Of a stretch of DNA of 64,000 nt, positions 48,409 through 57,359 are shown one piece after another. The notes below the pieces were generated by a model. The model saw only the letters and a program-made list of their open reading frames with translations, made no database searches and was not told the DNA's origin. The stretch is from the NCBI GenBank assembly GCA_937891765.1, contig CALAGQ010000085.1, positions 39,008 to 103,007 of the forward strand, in the 5' to 3' direction. The translations under genes were made by a program, and so were the position numbers. The DNA comes from an uncultured Nitrospina sp. (lineage in GTDB: Bacteria > Nitrospinota > Nitrospinia > Nitrospinales > VA-1). Each line of letters opens with the position of its first letter. The stretch's first letter is position 1.

Positions 48409-49158
48409 ATGGACATTCTACAACTCAGCAACTACATGGACAACCTTTTGGACATCTCGTCCATTAGCGACGCACCCAACGCCGTGAACGGACTGCAGGT
48501 GCAAAACACCGGAGAAATACAAAAAATAGGACTGGCGGTAGATTTGTGTCAGGCCACCATTGATCTGGCTATTGAAAAAAACTGCCAGATGATGTTCGTT
48601 CATCATGGAATTTTCTGGGGCGGACTGCAACCGCTTCGCGGTTCCTTTTATGAAAAAATTTCTTCCATGATGCGCGCCAACCTGGGACTGTATTCGGCCC
48701 ATATCCCTCTCGACCTGCATCCGGTACTGGGCAACAACAGAGCCTTGGCCGATTTAATCGGGCTGGAAAACCTCGAGCCGTTTGGCGAATATGGTGGTAT
48801 CAAAATCGGTTTCAAGGGCACTATCAATAAAAAGTCCGCTGATACCCTGGCGCAGGAATTGGCAGAGAAACTGGGTTCATCCGTCAAAGTGATAGGCGAG
48901 GGAGAAATTGAATCCATCGGACTGGTGACCGGTGGGGCTGCGGATATCGTCCGGCAGGCCAGTCAGGAAGGGCTCGATGCCTACATCACGGGAGAAGGCG
49001 CCAACCACCATTACCACGAAGCCATTGAAGGCCAATGCGTATTGATTTTCGCCGGCCATTACGCCACCGAAACCGGAGGCGTGAAAGCGGTGGGCCGTCA
49101 TTTAGAACAAAAGTTTCAAATCGCCACTGAATTTCTCGACTACCCAACTGACCTCTAA
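48409..49158 (+). CDS. Nif3-like dinuclear metal centre protein (GTP cyclohydrolase 1 type 2 homologue)
   Basis: FVHHGIFWG, LYSAHIPLD, GHYATE motifs typical of the NIF3/YbgI family. Confidence 0.85.
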   Translation: MDILQLSNYMDNLLDISSISDAPNAVNGLQVQNTGEIQKIGLAVDLCQATIDLAIEKNCQMMFVHHGIFWGGLQPLRGSFYEKISSMMRANLGLYSAHIPLDLHPVLGNNRALADLIGLENLEPFGEYGGIKIGFKGTINKKSADTLAQELAEKLGSSVKVIGEGEIESIGLVTGGAADIVRQASQEGLDAYITGEGANHHYHEAIEGQCVLIFAGHYATETGGVKAVGRHLEQKFQIATEFLDYPTDL

Positions 49159-49167
49159 AAACTGCAG

Positions 49168-50079
49168 TTACAAATCCTTCAACAAATCTCTCAATCCGGA
49201 ACGGTAATCGGGGTAGCGCAGTTTCACTCCCAGTTCCCGTTTAATTTTTTTATTCGAGATGCGTTTATTAGTAATGTAAAAACCCCGGGCGGTGGGGGAA
49301 AGATCAGCTTCCTCATAAGACACCAACGGCGGCGGTTCCACTCCCAATAAACTGCAAGCATATTCCACCGCTTCGGCAGGAGGGCAAGGACAGTCGTCGC
49401 TGACGTTATAGATTGCACTCGGTTGGGGCTTTTTCATCGAGGCTTCCAGCGTTTGCGCCAGATCCTCAGAATGAATGCGGGAAAAAACCAGACCGGGTTT
49501 ATCGATGCGCCGGGCGCGTCCCTGTCTTACAGAAACCAGCAAGTTCCTGCCCGGTCCATAAATACCCACACAACGAAAAATCATCACCGGTAGATCCTGA
49601 TCCTGACCTAACTTGAGCCAGGCCGATTCCACCTCGATGCGGCAGAGATTGCGATCTGTAGACGCCAGCACGGGCGAGGACTCATCCACCCATTCACCCT
49701 GGGTATCACCATAAACTCCGGTTGAAGAGATGTATCCGATCCATTGCAAATGCCGGGCTTTAGAAATTTCTTCGGCAAAGTTTTCCAGCACCACATCGCC
49801 AGAAAGTTGGGGAGGGATGGTGATTAAAAGATGCGTCGCGCGGGAGATAGCCTCAGAAATTTCCGGCGTGGGATGGGATCCGTCAAAAGTGCAGACCGAA
49901 ATGTTTTTCGTCTTGCTTTCATCTTGCTCGCCCCGCACGGTCCCTGAAACATCCCATCCTTGGGGCAAGAGCCTTTCCGCCAGAGCCATTGCAGAAAAGC
50001 CCAGACCAAAGCAAAACAATCGGTCAGCAAGAAGTGGCATATCTTTTATTTCAGAGGGATTCAAACCGCGTTTTTGCAA
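49168..50079 (-). CDS. NAD(P)-dependent epimerase/dehydratase-family (extended SDR) protein
   Basis: Rossmann-type N-terminus FCFGLGFSAMALAERL. About 300 aa. The start could be ATG 50040 rather than TTG 50079. Confidence 0.7.
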   Translation of the reverse strand: MQKRGLNPSEIKDMPLLADRLFCFGLGFSAMALAERLLPQGWDVSGTVRGEQDESKTKNISVCTFDGSHPTPEISEAISRATHLLITIPPQLSGDVVLENFAEEISKARHLQWIGYISSTGVYGDTQGEWVDESSPVLASTDRNLCRIEVESAWLKLGQDQDLPVMIFRCVGIYGPGRNLLVSVRQGRARRIDKPGLVFSRIHSEDLAQTLEASMKKPQPSAIYNVSDDCPCPPAEAVEYACSLLGVEPPPLVSYEEADLSPTARGFYITNKRISNKKIKRELGVKLRYPDYRSGLRDLLKDL

Positions 50080-50201
50080 AGGAGCTTGGCTGTAATGTGT
50101 CGATCCGTAAACCTATTTCAGGAAGGCATCTAAAAAAATTCCAGTCTGGAGTTGACCCATTCAACATAAATCCGAAGCTGTCAACAAGTTAAATACTTCC
50201 G

Positions 50202-50324
50202 CTATTTGCGTGCTCCCCTTCGATATTTTTGCCGTACAGGAACCCGGTTGTTCGAAAACAAAAGAAGTAACGCTCCCAGAATCCCCATTCCGACCGGATA
50301 AACCCAATTCATTTCAGCAGCCAT
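50202..50324 (-). CDS. unannotated 40-codon small membrane protein (MAAEMNWVYPVGMGILGALLLLFSNNRVPVRQKYRRGARK)
   Basis: ATG 50324 lies 13 nt after the stop of the upstream gene and is preceded by GAGAGG. It has one hydrophobic helix followed by a basic tail. It is below the 60-aa cut-off of the ORF track. Confidence 0.45.
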   Translation of the reverse strand: MAAEMNWVYPVGMGILGALLLLFSNNRVPVRQKYRRGARK

Positions 50325-50337
50325 AATAACCTCTCGA

Positions 50338-51168
50338 TTAAAAAGTAAATCGGTATTTTTCAAATAATTCGAGCGTTACAACTTCTTTTCCTTCTTTAGA
50401 GACCTCTTGTTCAATACGCTTCACAGCCATATTGCGGATAAAAGGGATGGGAATGCGGGAAACTTTATCCAAAGCATCATCCTCCCATTTCAGAGAAATT
50501 TCCACAGCCTCTTCCTTTTCCTGATCAATCTGCTCATCGCGCTTGAGATCCTCTTCGGTCACTTCCATCCCCATTGCCTCTTTAGCCGATGCAGGCATGA
50601 TACTGGTGAACACCTCATCAATGATGGATGGAGTGATCATCTTGTCTCCACGCTGGCGGGCGCGACCCTCTATGGTCTGCTTGGCCATACCCAGAACAAA
50701 GGGAGGCACCTTCTCCATTTTCTCCAATGCTTCCTTACTCCAGGGCATGCCCTGAGGTTCGGCAACTTCCATATAGCTTTTAAACTTTTCGACAATATCG
50801 TCTTTTTTCTCGGTACGCATGGAAAGAAAATCTTCGATTTCTTCAATCACCTCCACCTTGCGCGGACTTTGTCGCATTTTTTCCTTCGCCACATCGAAGG
50901 CATCCATCGTCAGTTCTTCGAAGCCGAACCCCTTGACCCTTTTGGACACCAGCATCATGGATTCATTACGAATTTCGGTCAGGTAATCAGAGGTCACTAT
51001 TTTAAAACCTCTTTTCATGCACCGCTGAACCATCAGCTTGCGAATGCCCGGACGCACAAACTCCGGAGCGTGTTTCACCCTCTCCCAAGCATCTTCCGAC
51101 CACTCGATGCCATTTTCCTTGGCATAAGGATGATCGACGTCAATGATTTTGATTTCCCCAGTCCCCAT
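50338..51168 (-). CDS. protein composed of three PCP_red-type (protochlorophyllide reductase B C-terminal-like) repeats
   Basis: Three ~46-aa units: IEWSEDAWERVKHAPEFVRPGIRKLMVQRCMKRGFKIVTSDYLTEI, MPWSKEALEKMEKVPPFVLGMAKQTIEGRARQRGDKMITPSIIDEV, LKWEDDALDKVSRIPIPFIRNMAVKRIEQEVSKEGKEVVTLELFEK. ATG 51168 has an AGGTGG SD. Confidence 0.75.
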   Translation of the reverse strand: MGTGEIKIIDVDHPYAKENGIEWSEDAWERVKHAPEFVRPGIRKLMVQRCMKRGFKIVTSDYLTEIRNESMMLVSKRVKGFGFEELTMDAFDVAKEKMRQSPRKVEVIEEIEDFLSMRTEKKDDIVEKFKSYMEVAEPQGMPWSKEALEKMEKVPPFVLGMAKQTIEGRARQRGDKMITPSIIDEVFTSIMPASAKEAMGMEVTEEDLKRDEQIDQEKEEAVEISLKWEDDALDKVSRIPIPFIRNMAVKRIEQEVSKEGKEVVTLELFEKYRFTF

Positions 51169-51464
51169 AAACACCACCTATAAGAATGAAACTTTTACAT
51201 TTATTATGTAAAAAGATTGTATTATAACAGTACCTCTAAAAGCTAATATTTGCTCCATCCCCTTATATAATAGGATAGCGACGCATAAAGTTTCCAGTTA
51301 TTTAGAGGTTATCTTAAAAATTACTTGAACCCCATGACAATGTCAATTAATTTGCCGAGTTTCTCCGTTTTAAAGGGGCGGCAAATTACAGGCTCATAAA
51401 ACTTTCAATCCGCAGAGACCAAGGTTCCCAAAAGTCCTTCTATATAACAGGCGTTTAACCACTT

Positions 51465-54400
51465 ATGCGACAATCCCCTATTGTTTATTTTTTATTTTTT
51501 ATTTCCGGCATCACTGCGCTGACTTATGAAATCGTCTGGACCCGGATGCTGACCCTGGTGTTCGGGCATACCGTGTTTTCGGTATCGGTGGTGCTCGCGG
51601 CATTCATGGCGGGTTTGGGTCTGGGCAGTTACCTGTTCGGCTATGCCGTCGACCGGCTGCCGGAGACAAACGGTTCAGGAAAAGCCGCTCTCCTCCTCTA
51701 TGGCTGGGTAGAAATCCTGATTTTCGCAAGCGGAGCCCTGCTCTCTCTTTTATTTGCTAATTTTTCAGGAATTTATTCTTCCCTGCACAGCTTTATTCCC
51801 GAATCGATTGCCTTACAAAATTTAATAAAGATAGTGTTCGCCTTTGGGATGATGCTGATCCCCACCACCTTCATGGGAGCAACCCTGCCGATCATCAGTA
51901 AATACTGCGTCACCGATGACAGCCGGATGGGAACTCAGGTGAGCCTGCTCTATGCGCTTAACACTTTGGGCGCCGCAGTGGGCTGCCTGATGACCGGATT
52001 CTTCCTGATGGGCACGTTCGGAGTTCTGCAAACCGTTCTTCTGGCCGCAGGGGCAAACCTGCTGATCGGCATCAGCGCATTGAGAATTTATTTGGAAGCC
52101 GTTCCCGGTGCCGACTGGAAGTTTCGACTCCCGTCCTTACAGATACCTCGCATCGAATTGAGTGCCGACCAGAAATTCTGGATGAGCATCAGCTTTATCT
52201 GCGGATTCACGGCTTTGGCCTATGAAGTGTTATGGACCCGGCTCTTGGTGTTCAGCATCGCCAGCACCGTCTATTCCTTCAGCATGATGCTCACGGTCTT
52301 TCTTCTGGGAATCTTTTTGGGAAGCCTGTTGTTGATCCCTCTGGCATCACGAATCCATAACGTCCGCACCGCCTTGTTAATACTGCAAATCGGCACCGGT
52401 CTTTACGTGATCGGTTCCCTGTACGGACTCGAATCAATCCTTTCCGCTCCCTGGAACAGCTACAACCTGACCGATCCGGCTATGGCATTTTTGCGCTACT
52501 TCAAAGATTCCGCCGGACTCATGCTGATACCCACTCTGTTACTCGGCATGTGCTTTCCTCTGTTGATAAAAATAGTTTCCGGCGGACATCAAAATGTCGG
52601 CAAGGCCACCGGCCAGATTTATTCAGCAAATACCCTGGGAGCGATTTTCGGATCGCTAGGCGCGGGCTTCCTGTTCCTGCCCAACTTAGGAAGCCAGATC
52701 AGCCTAACCCTGATCGCCACTCTGAATTTAATGACCGCAGTTTTACTGTTCCGCACCGGAAACTATATGAGCAAGGCTGTGCGCAAGGGATTGACTGTTG
52801 TGTTCGCGGCGCTGATCCTTTTTGTCAACATGGGTATTCCTGAAAATTTGTTAAACCCGTTTTTCATGCGAGACAGTGCCGGCAAACGCAATCTTAAAAA
52901 ATTGATGTATTTTGAGGAAGGCCTCTCCGATACCGTGGCCGTGTTTAAGGATGATTATGGCGTTCTCGACCCGACCGCGAAACGGTTGATCACCAACGGC
53001 ATTTCCATGTCCGCCTCCAACCTGATCGCAACACGCTACATGAAACTGTTCGCCCATGTTCCCATTCTTCTGATAGACCAACCCGATGACGTGCTGGTGG
53101 TCTGCTTTGGAACCGGGCAAACTACAGGCGCAGCAGGCATTCACCCGCGCGTTAAGTCCGTCGATAGCCTGGAGCTATCCACCAGTGTCATCAACGCAGG
53201 GAAAATGTTCGCCGACCAGAACCATCAGGCGCTTCACAATCCCAAAATAAATTTTATCATTCAAGATGGCAGAAACCATCTTCTGACCACCCATAAACTT
53301 TACGATGTCATCACTTCCGAGCCTCCGCCTCCGCGCACCGCGTTCACCGTCAATCTGTACACTCAGGAATATTATCAGCTCCAGAAAAGCCGCCTGAAAC
53401 CGGGAGGCATCGCCGCACAATGGATTCCTCTGCACAGTCAGGGAGAAGAAGAAGTCGACATGCACTTCCGAACCTTCCAATCCGTTTTCCCTTACACCAT
53501 GGGCTGGATGTCAGTGGCGAACGAAATTCTCATTATCGGTTCCGATCAACCGATCCAGATTGATTTCGAAAAACTTAAAGTCCGTTTGGAAGAACCCGAA
53601 ATTAAAAAAGCGTTGGCTGATATTGAAATCCCCAACATCTTTTCCTTTCTCAGCAATATCTGGCTTTTGGATGAGCAAGTTCAAGCATTAGGCAAGGGTC
53701 ATGCCCTCATCACCGACAACCACCCCGTTATTGAGTTTTATCTCGACCTTGGCAATGTGATCGACGTGTCGGGAAGAGAAAAATATGTCTTCAACCGGGC
53801 TTCTTTTGACCAAATTGCCAACCATGTGGAAAATCTTTCAGCGACAGATCGAATGACGCTGAAGGACTATTACGACGCCATGGACCTTTATCAACGCGGC
53901 GTGATGTACAGCAACCGCGGGCAACTGCTGAAAGCCCTGAGCCTGATCCAAGATAACAATCTGGTGCGCTACCATCTGCAGGCCGGCAAGGATCAGGTGG
54001 CCCGGCTGGTCGAACAGGTAGAGCAGAACCCTGAAGTGATGGAGAATCTGCTCAACCTGGGCCACAGCTATTATCAAGTTGGCGAGTACGAGAAAAGTGC
54101 CGAAATCCTCAAATTGGTTCTGGAAAAAAATCCAAAATTAAGTTTTGCCAATCTATATATGGGACACAACCTTTTGGAAATGGGGAAAAAAGAAGAGGCC
54201 CTGGACTTTTTCAAGAACACTGCAAAAAATGACCCGCGCCAAATGGGCGCCGTGATGCGTGAAATTGGACTCGTCAACCTGCTTCAGCAAGCAGAAAAAA
54301 AATCAGATGAAAAAAGTCTCCAGCAATCGGTGGCTGAATTTTACAATATTAAAAATGAATATCTGAAGTCTCTCAAATACTCCCTCAAATCTCTTGAAGA

Positions 54401-54683
54401 AGACCCGATGAATCTCAAAGTTTTGCAGAGTATTGTTTTCAGTTATCGGGGCCTGGGCGAAGCCAAAGAAGTGCTCATGTATGGAAACCGCTACAGCCTG
54501 ATAGACCCCGATGAAATTCACCTGCAGTTCATCATGGGTGAAATTTATACCAAGCTCCTTAAATGCCAGAAGGCCATCCCGCTCTTGGAAAATGTGCTGA
54601 AAAAAGACGACACCTACCGCAACGCCCAAAAGCTCCTCGACACCTGTACAAACTTAACCGAAACAGATCCCAAAGACATTTAG
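51465..54683 (+). CDS. fused polytopic membrane domain / spermidine synthase-like methyltransferase-fold domain / C-terminal TPR repeats
   Basis: 1072 aa. About 12-14 TM helices, then VLVVCFGTGQTT and DVITSEPPPP (aminopropyltransferase-like), then TPR-like repeats in the last ~300 aa. Confidence 0.85.
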   Translation: MRQSPIVYFLFFISGITALTYEIVWTRMLTLVFGHTVFSVSVVLAAFMAGLGLGSYLFGYAVDRLPETNGSGKAALLLYGWVEILIFASGALLSLLFANFSGIYSSLHSFIPESIALQNLIKIVFAFGMMLIPTTFMGATLPIISKYCVTDDSRMGTQVSLLYALNTLGAAVGCLMTGFFLMGTFGVLQTVLLAAGANLLIGISALRIYLEAVPGADWKFRLPSLQIPRIELSADQKFWMSISFICGFTALAYEVLWTRLLVFSIASTVYSFSMMLTVFLLGIFLGSLLLIPLASRIHNVRTALLILQIGTGLYVIGSLYGLESILSAPWNSYNLTDPAMAFLRYFKDSAGLMLIPTLLLGMCFPLLIKIVSGGHQNVGKATGQIYSANTLGAIFGSLGAGFLFLPNLGSQISLTLIATLNLMTAVLLFRTGNYMSKAVRKGLTVVFAALILFVNMGIPENLLNPFFMRDSAGKRNLKKLMYFEEGLSDTVAVFKDDYGVLDPTAKRLITNGISMSASNLIATRYMKLFAHVPILLIDQPDDVLVVCFGTGQTTGAAGIHPRVKSVDSLELSTSVINAGKMFADQNHQALHNPKINFIIQDGRNHLLTTHKLYDVITSEPPPPRTAFTVNLYTQEYYQLQKSRLKPGGIAAQWIPLHSQGEEEVDMHFRTFQSVFPYTMGWMSVANEILIIGSDQPIQIDFEKLKVRLEEPEIKKALADIEIPNIFSFLSNIWLLDEQVQALGKGHALITDNHPVIEFYLDLGNVIDVSGREKYVFNRASFDQIANHVENLSATDRMTLKDYYDAMDLYQRGVMYSNRGQLLKALSLIQDNNLVRYHLQAGKDQVARLVEQVEQNPEVMENLLNLGHSYYQVGEYEKSAEILKLVLEKNPKLSFANLYMGHNLLEMGKKEEALDFFKNTAKNDPRQMGAVMREIGLVNLLQQAEKKSDEKSLQQSVAEFYNIKNEYLKSLKYSLKSLEEDPMNLKVLQSIVFSYRGLGEAKEVLMYGNRYSLIDPDEIHLQFIMGEIYTKLLKCQKAIPLLENVLKKDDTYRNAQKLLDTCTNLTETDPKDI

Positions 54684-54719
54684 CCTGGGCACCGTCGAAC
54701 CGTCTTATTAGTTGCACGT

Positions 54720-55919
54720 TTAGTTTCTAAATTTCTGCAAAAATCTGGCGATTGATATCGCAAACTGAAAAAACTGGTTTTTAACCCAGGCTTTGCGGTC
54801 AAACAATTCTTTGTGCGTCTCCTTCAACAGGCTTGGAATTTCCAGCTTTTCCGGGCAACGTGGCAAACAATCCCCACACTCCGTACATTTTGAAGCAAAG
54901 TTTCCCGGGAACCAATGCCCTTCGCCCTCAAACATGTTGTAGCGGAACCTACCGTAATCCACCATTTCATAGGCTTTCAACAAATTTCGGAAACGTAACA
55001 CTTCAGGAATATTTATTTCTTCAGGACAAGGCAAACATTCTGAGCACAATGTACAAAGGCCGGATATCTCGGCAAGCGGCGCATCCACCTTTACCCGGGT
55101 CAGAGCCACCGCCGAATAATCCTCATCGTTCAGGATAGAAAGGTTTTGCGAAAAATGTTCCGGCTCATGAATCCCCATACTCAGAGTCGTGATTTCCGGA
55201 TGGCTCAAGCAAAACCGCCCGTTAAACTCAATGGCACTCAAAGGATGACAGATCTCCTCAACCTTTCGTGAAGGTTTCCACAACATGCCGCCTTTTTCAT
55301 TGGGAGAAATAATGAACACGCCGATATCTTTCTCTCCTGCCAATCGCACTGCAGCAAGGTTGCGCTGAAAAAAATAATAATAATGCAGGTTCACAAAACT
55401 GAACAGGCCCGTATTCAGAGCCCGAAGAATGACCTCCAGCGAAGCATGCGTGGAAAAGCCAATGTGCCGAATGAGTCCTTCTTCGCGCAAACGGTGCAAA
55501 ACCTCCACCGGCCCTCCCGGCTTAACCGCCGCTTTCAACCTCTCTTCATTATTGATCCCATGCCATCCATAAAAATCAAGGTAGTCCAACTTTAAACTGT
55601 GCAATTGCTCTTCAACCAGCGCACGGGTTTCCTCTCCGGTCATCGGAGCCCCCTTAGTCATCATCTTAAAACTCTCGCGAGGTACGCCCAACTCTTTAAG
55701 CGCTACACCATACAGGTTTTCACTTTTCATATAGCCATGAGCTGTTTCAATATGATTGATCCCAAGCTCCAGGGCCTGGCGCGTGATTTCGATGCAGTTT
55801 TCAACTGACTCCAAAGGAAGATGCGCACGCGGAGGATTCCACCCACTTTTAAAACGCATCCCCCCAAGGGTGATCACCGAGATATTTTCCTCTGTTTTTC
55901 CGAACCGACGATATTCCAT
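54720..55919 (-). CDS. aldo/keto reductase fused to a C-terminal 2x Cys-cluster (ferredoxin-like) domain
   Basis: AKR N-terminus (MEYRRFGKT..ISVITLGG, HIETAHGY). C-terminal CTLCSECLPCP and CTECGDCLPRCP. Confidence 0.85.
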   Translation of the reverse strand: MEYRRFGKTEENISVITLGGMRFKSGWNPPRAHLPLESVENCIEITRQALELGINHIETAHGYMKSENLYGVALKELGVPRESFKMMTKGAPMTGEETRALVEEQLHSLKLDYLDFYGWHGINNEERLKAAVKPGGPVEVLHRLREEGLIRHIGFSTHASLEVILRALNTGLFSFVNLHYYYFFQRNLAAVRLAGEKDIGVFIISPNEKGGMLWKPSRKVEEICHPLSAIEFNGRFCLSHPEITTLSMGIHEPEHFSQNLSILNDEDYSAVALTRVKVDAPLAEISGLCTLCSECLPCPEEINIPEVLRFRNLLKAYEMVDYGRFRYNMFEGEGHWFPGNFASKCTECGDCLPRCPEKLEIPSLLKETHKELFDRKAWVKNQFFQFAISIARFLQKFRN

Positions 55920-55995
55920 AATTAATAGGATGGTTTTTGGCTTAATCCGTTCCTTTCCTGAAATATTTTGCCCGTGCTAACCCACAAGAAAACCA

Positions 55996-56024
55996 TTGAG
56001 GCGGCAAAGCATGTGGTCTATACT
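55996..56024 (+). promoter_or_regulatory. promoter-like TTGAGG-17-TATACT upstream of the sbcD-like gene
   Basis: Hexamers and spacing read directly, about 68 nt upstream of ATG 56092. Confidence 0.35.
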
Positions 56025-56091
56025 ATTGAAGTATAACAACTTACAATCCAGAGAGCAGAAGAGCTGAAACACCGCCGGGGAATAATATACC

Positions 56092-57351
56092 ATGACTGCT
56101 TTTCGTTTTATCCACTGTTCCGATCTTCATATCGACAGTCCCTTCAAGGGCCTGGCGTCCCAAGTACCGGCTCTCACTGAACGCCTGCGGGAATCCACCT
56201 TTCGCTCTTTCCACAATATCGTAAAACTGGCCGTGGAAGAAAAGGTCGACGCTGTTCTGATCGCCGGGGATATTTTTGATGGTGCCGATCGAAGCCTGCA
56301 GGCACAACTGAAATTTCGTCGCGGCTTGTTGGAACTGTCCGAGAAAGGCATTCCTTCTTTTATTGTGCATGGCAATCACGACCCTTCTAACAGTTGGTCT
56401 CACACACTGGATTGGCCAGAGAGCACCACTATTTTCCCCGGCAATAAAGTTGAGAGCTTCCCGGTGACTCGGGAAGGCAAGACATTGGCCTGGGTTTACG
56501 GAATCAGCTATCCCCAGAAAGAAGTGAACGAAAATCTGGCGTTAAAGTTCAAGAAAGACCAGAAGCAGGGTTTTGCGGTGGGACTCCTGCACGCGAATGT
56601 CGGGCAACAACCCGGGCATGATAACTACGCCCCCTGTAGTTTGCAGGATTTAATATCCAGCGACTTTGATTACTGGGCTCTGGGCCATGTCCATGAATTT
56701 AAAATCCTGCGCGAAAATAACCCGTGCATTGTTTATTCCGGAAACACCCAGTCCCGGCATCTCAAAGAAACCGGCCCCAAAGGCTGTTGTCTCGTCACCC
56801 TGAGTTCCGATGCGCCTGCCAATATACGGTTTGTCGCCACCGATGTGGTGAGCTACCGTTCCGCCAAAGTTGATGTCAGCGGCGCCTCCAGCATTAATGA
56901 GGTATTGCTAGCCATTCAATCGCAGGTGGAAGAACTTGCCAAAGAATCGTTGACTCGCGAGGGCCTGGTGGCACGGCTGGTTTTAACAGGGCGGACCGCA
57001 GTCCACAACGAATTGCAGAATCCCGGAGCCACTAAAGCTTTGGCCGAAGATATCCACGCATTTTTTGAAGGGCATTCCCCCTGGGTCCTGGTGGATCTTT
57101 CTACTCAAACCGCAGGCACCTATGACATCGACTCTCTGAAGGACGGCAAAGATTTTGTCGCCGACCTTTTAAATCTATGCGAAGACAACAAGAACGAACA
57201 ACTTCAAAACAAAATTCAGGAAGCCATGAAACCTGTATTCGAATCCTGGGCGGGAAGAAAATATTTAGAGGACGATGAGGATATTCAGGCCATCATCCTG
57301 AAAGCCCGCAACCTGGCGCTCGATCAACTGGTCAACCGCGAAAATCCATAG
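56092..57351 (+). CDS. SbcD/Mre11-family metallophosphoesterase nuclease (YhaO-like)
   Basis: FIHCSDLHID, AGDIFD, VHGNHDPS, GHVH motifs. Confidence 0.85.
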   Translation: MTAFRFIHCSDLHIDSPFKGLASQVPALTERLRESTFRSFHNIVKLAVEEKVDAVLIAGDIFDGADRSLQAQLKFRRGLLELSEKGIPSFIVHGNHDPSNSWSHTLDWPESTTIFPGNKVESFPVTREGKTLAWVYGISYPQKEVNENLALKFKKDQKQGFAVGLLHANVGQQPGHDNYAPCSLQDLISSDFDYWALGHVHEFKILRENNPCIVYSGNTQSRHLKETGPKGCCLVTLSSDAPANIRFVATDVVSYRSAKVDVSGASSINEVLLAIQSQVEELAKESLTREGLVARLVLTGRTAVHNELQNPGATKALAEDIHAFFEGHSPWVLVDLSTQTAGTYDIDSLKDGKDFVADLLNLCEDNKNEQLQNKIQEAMKPVFESWAGRKYLEDDEDIQAIILKARNLALDQLVNRENP

Positions 57352-57359
57352 GAAACACC

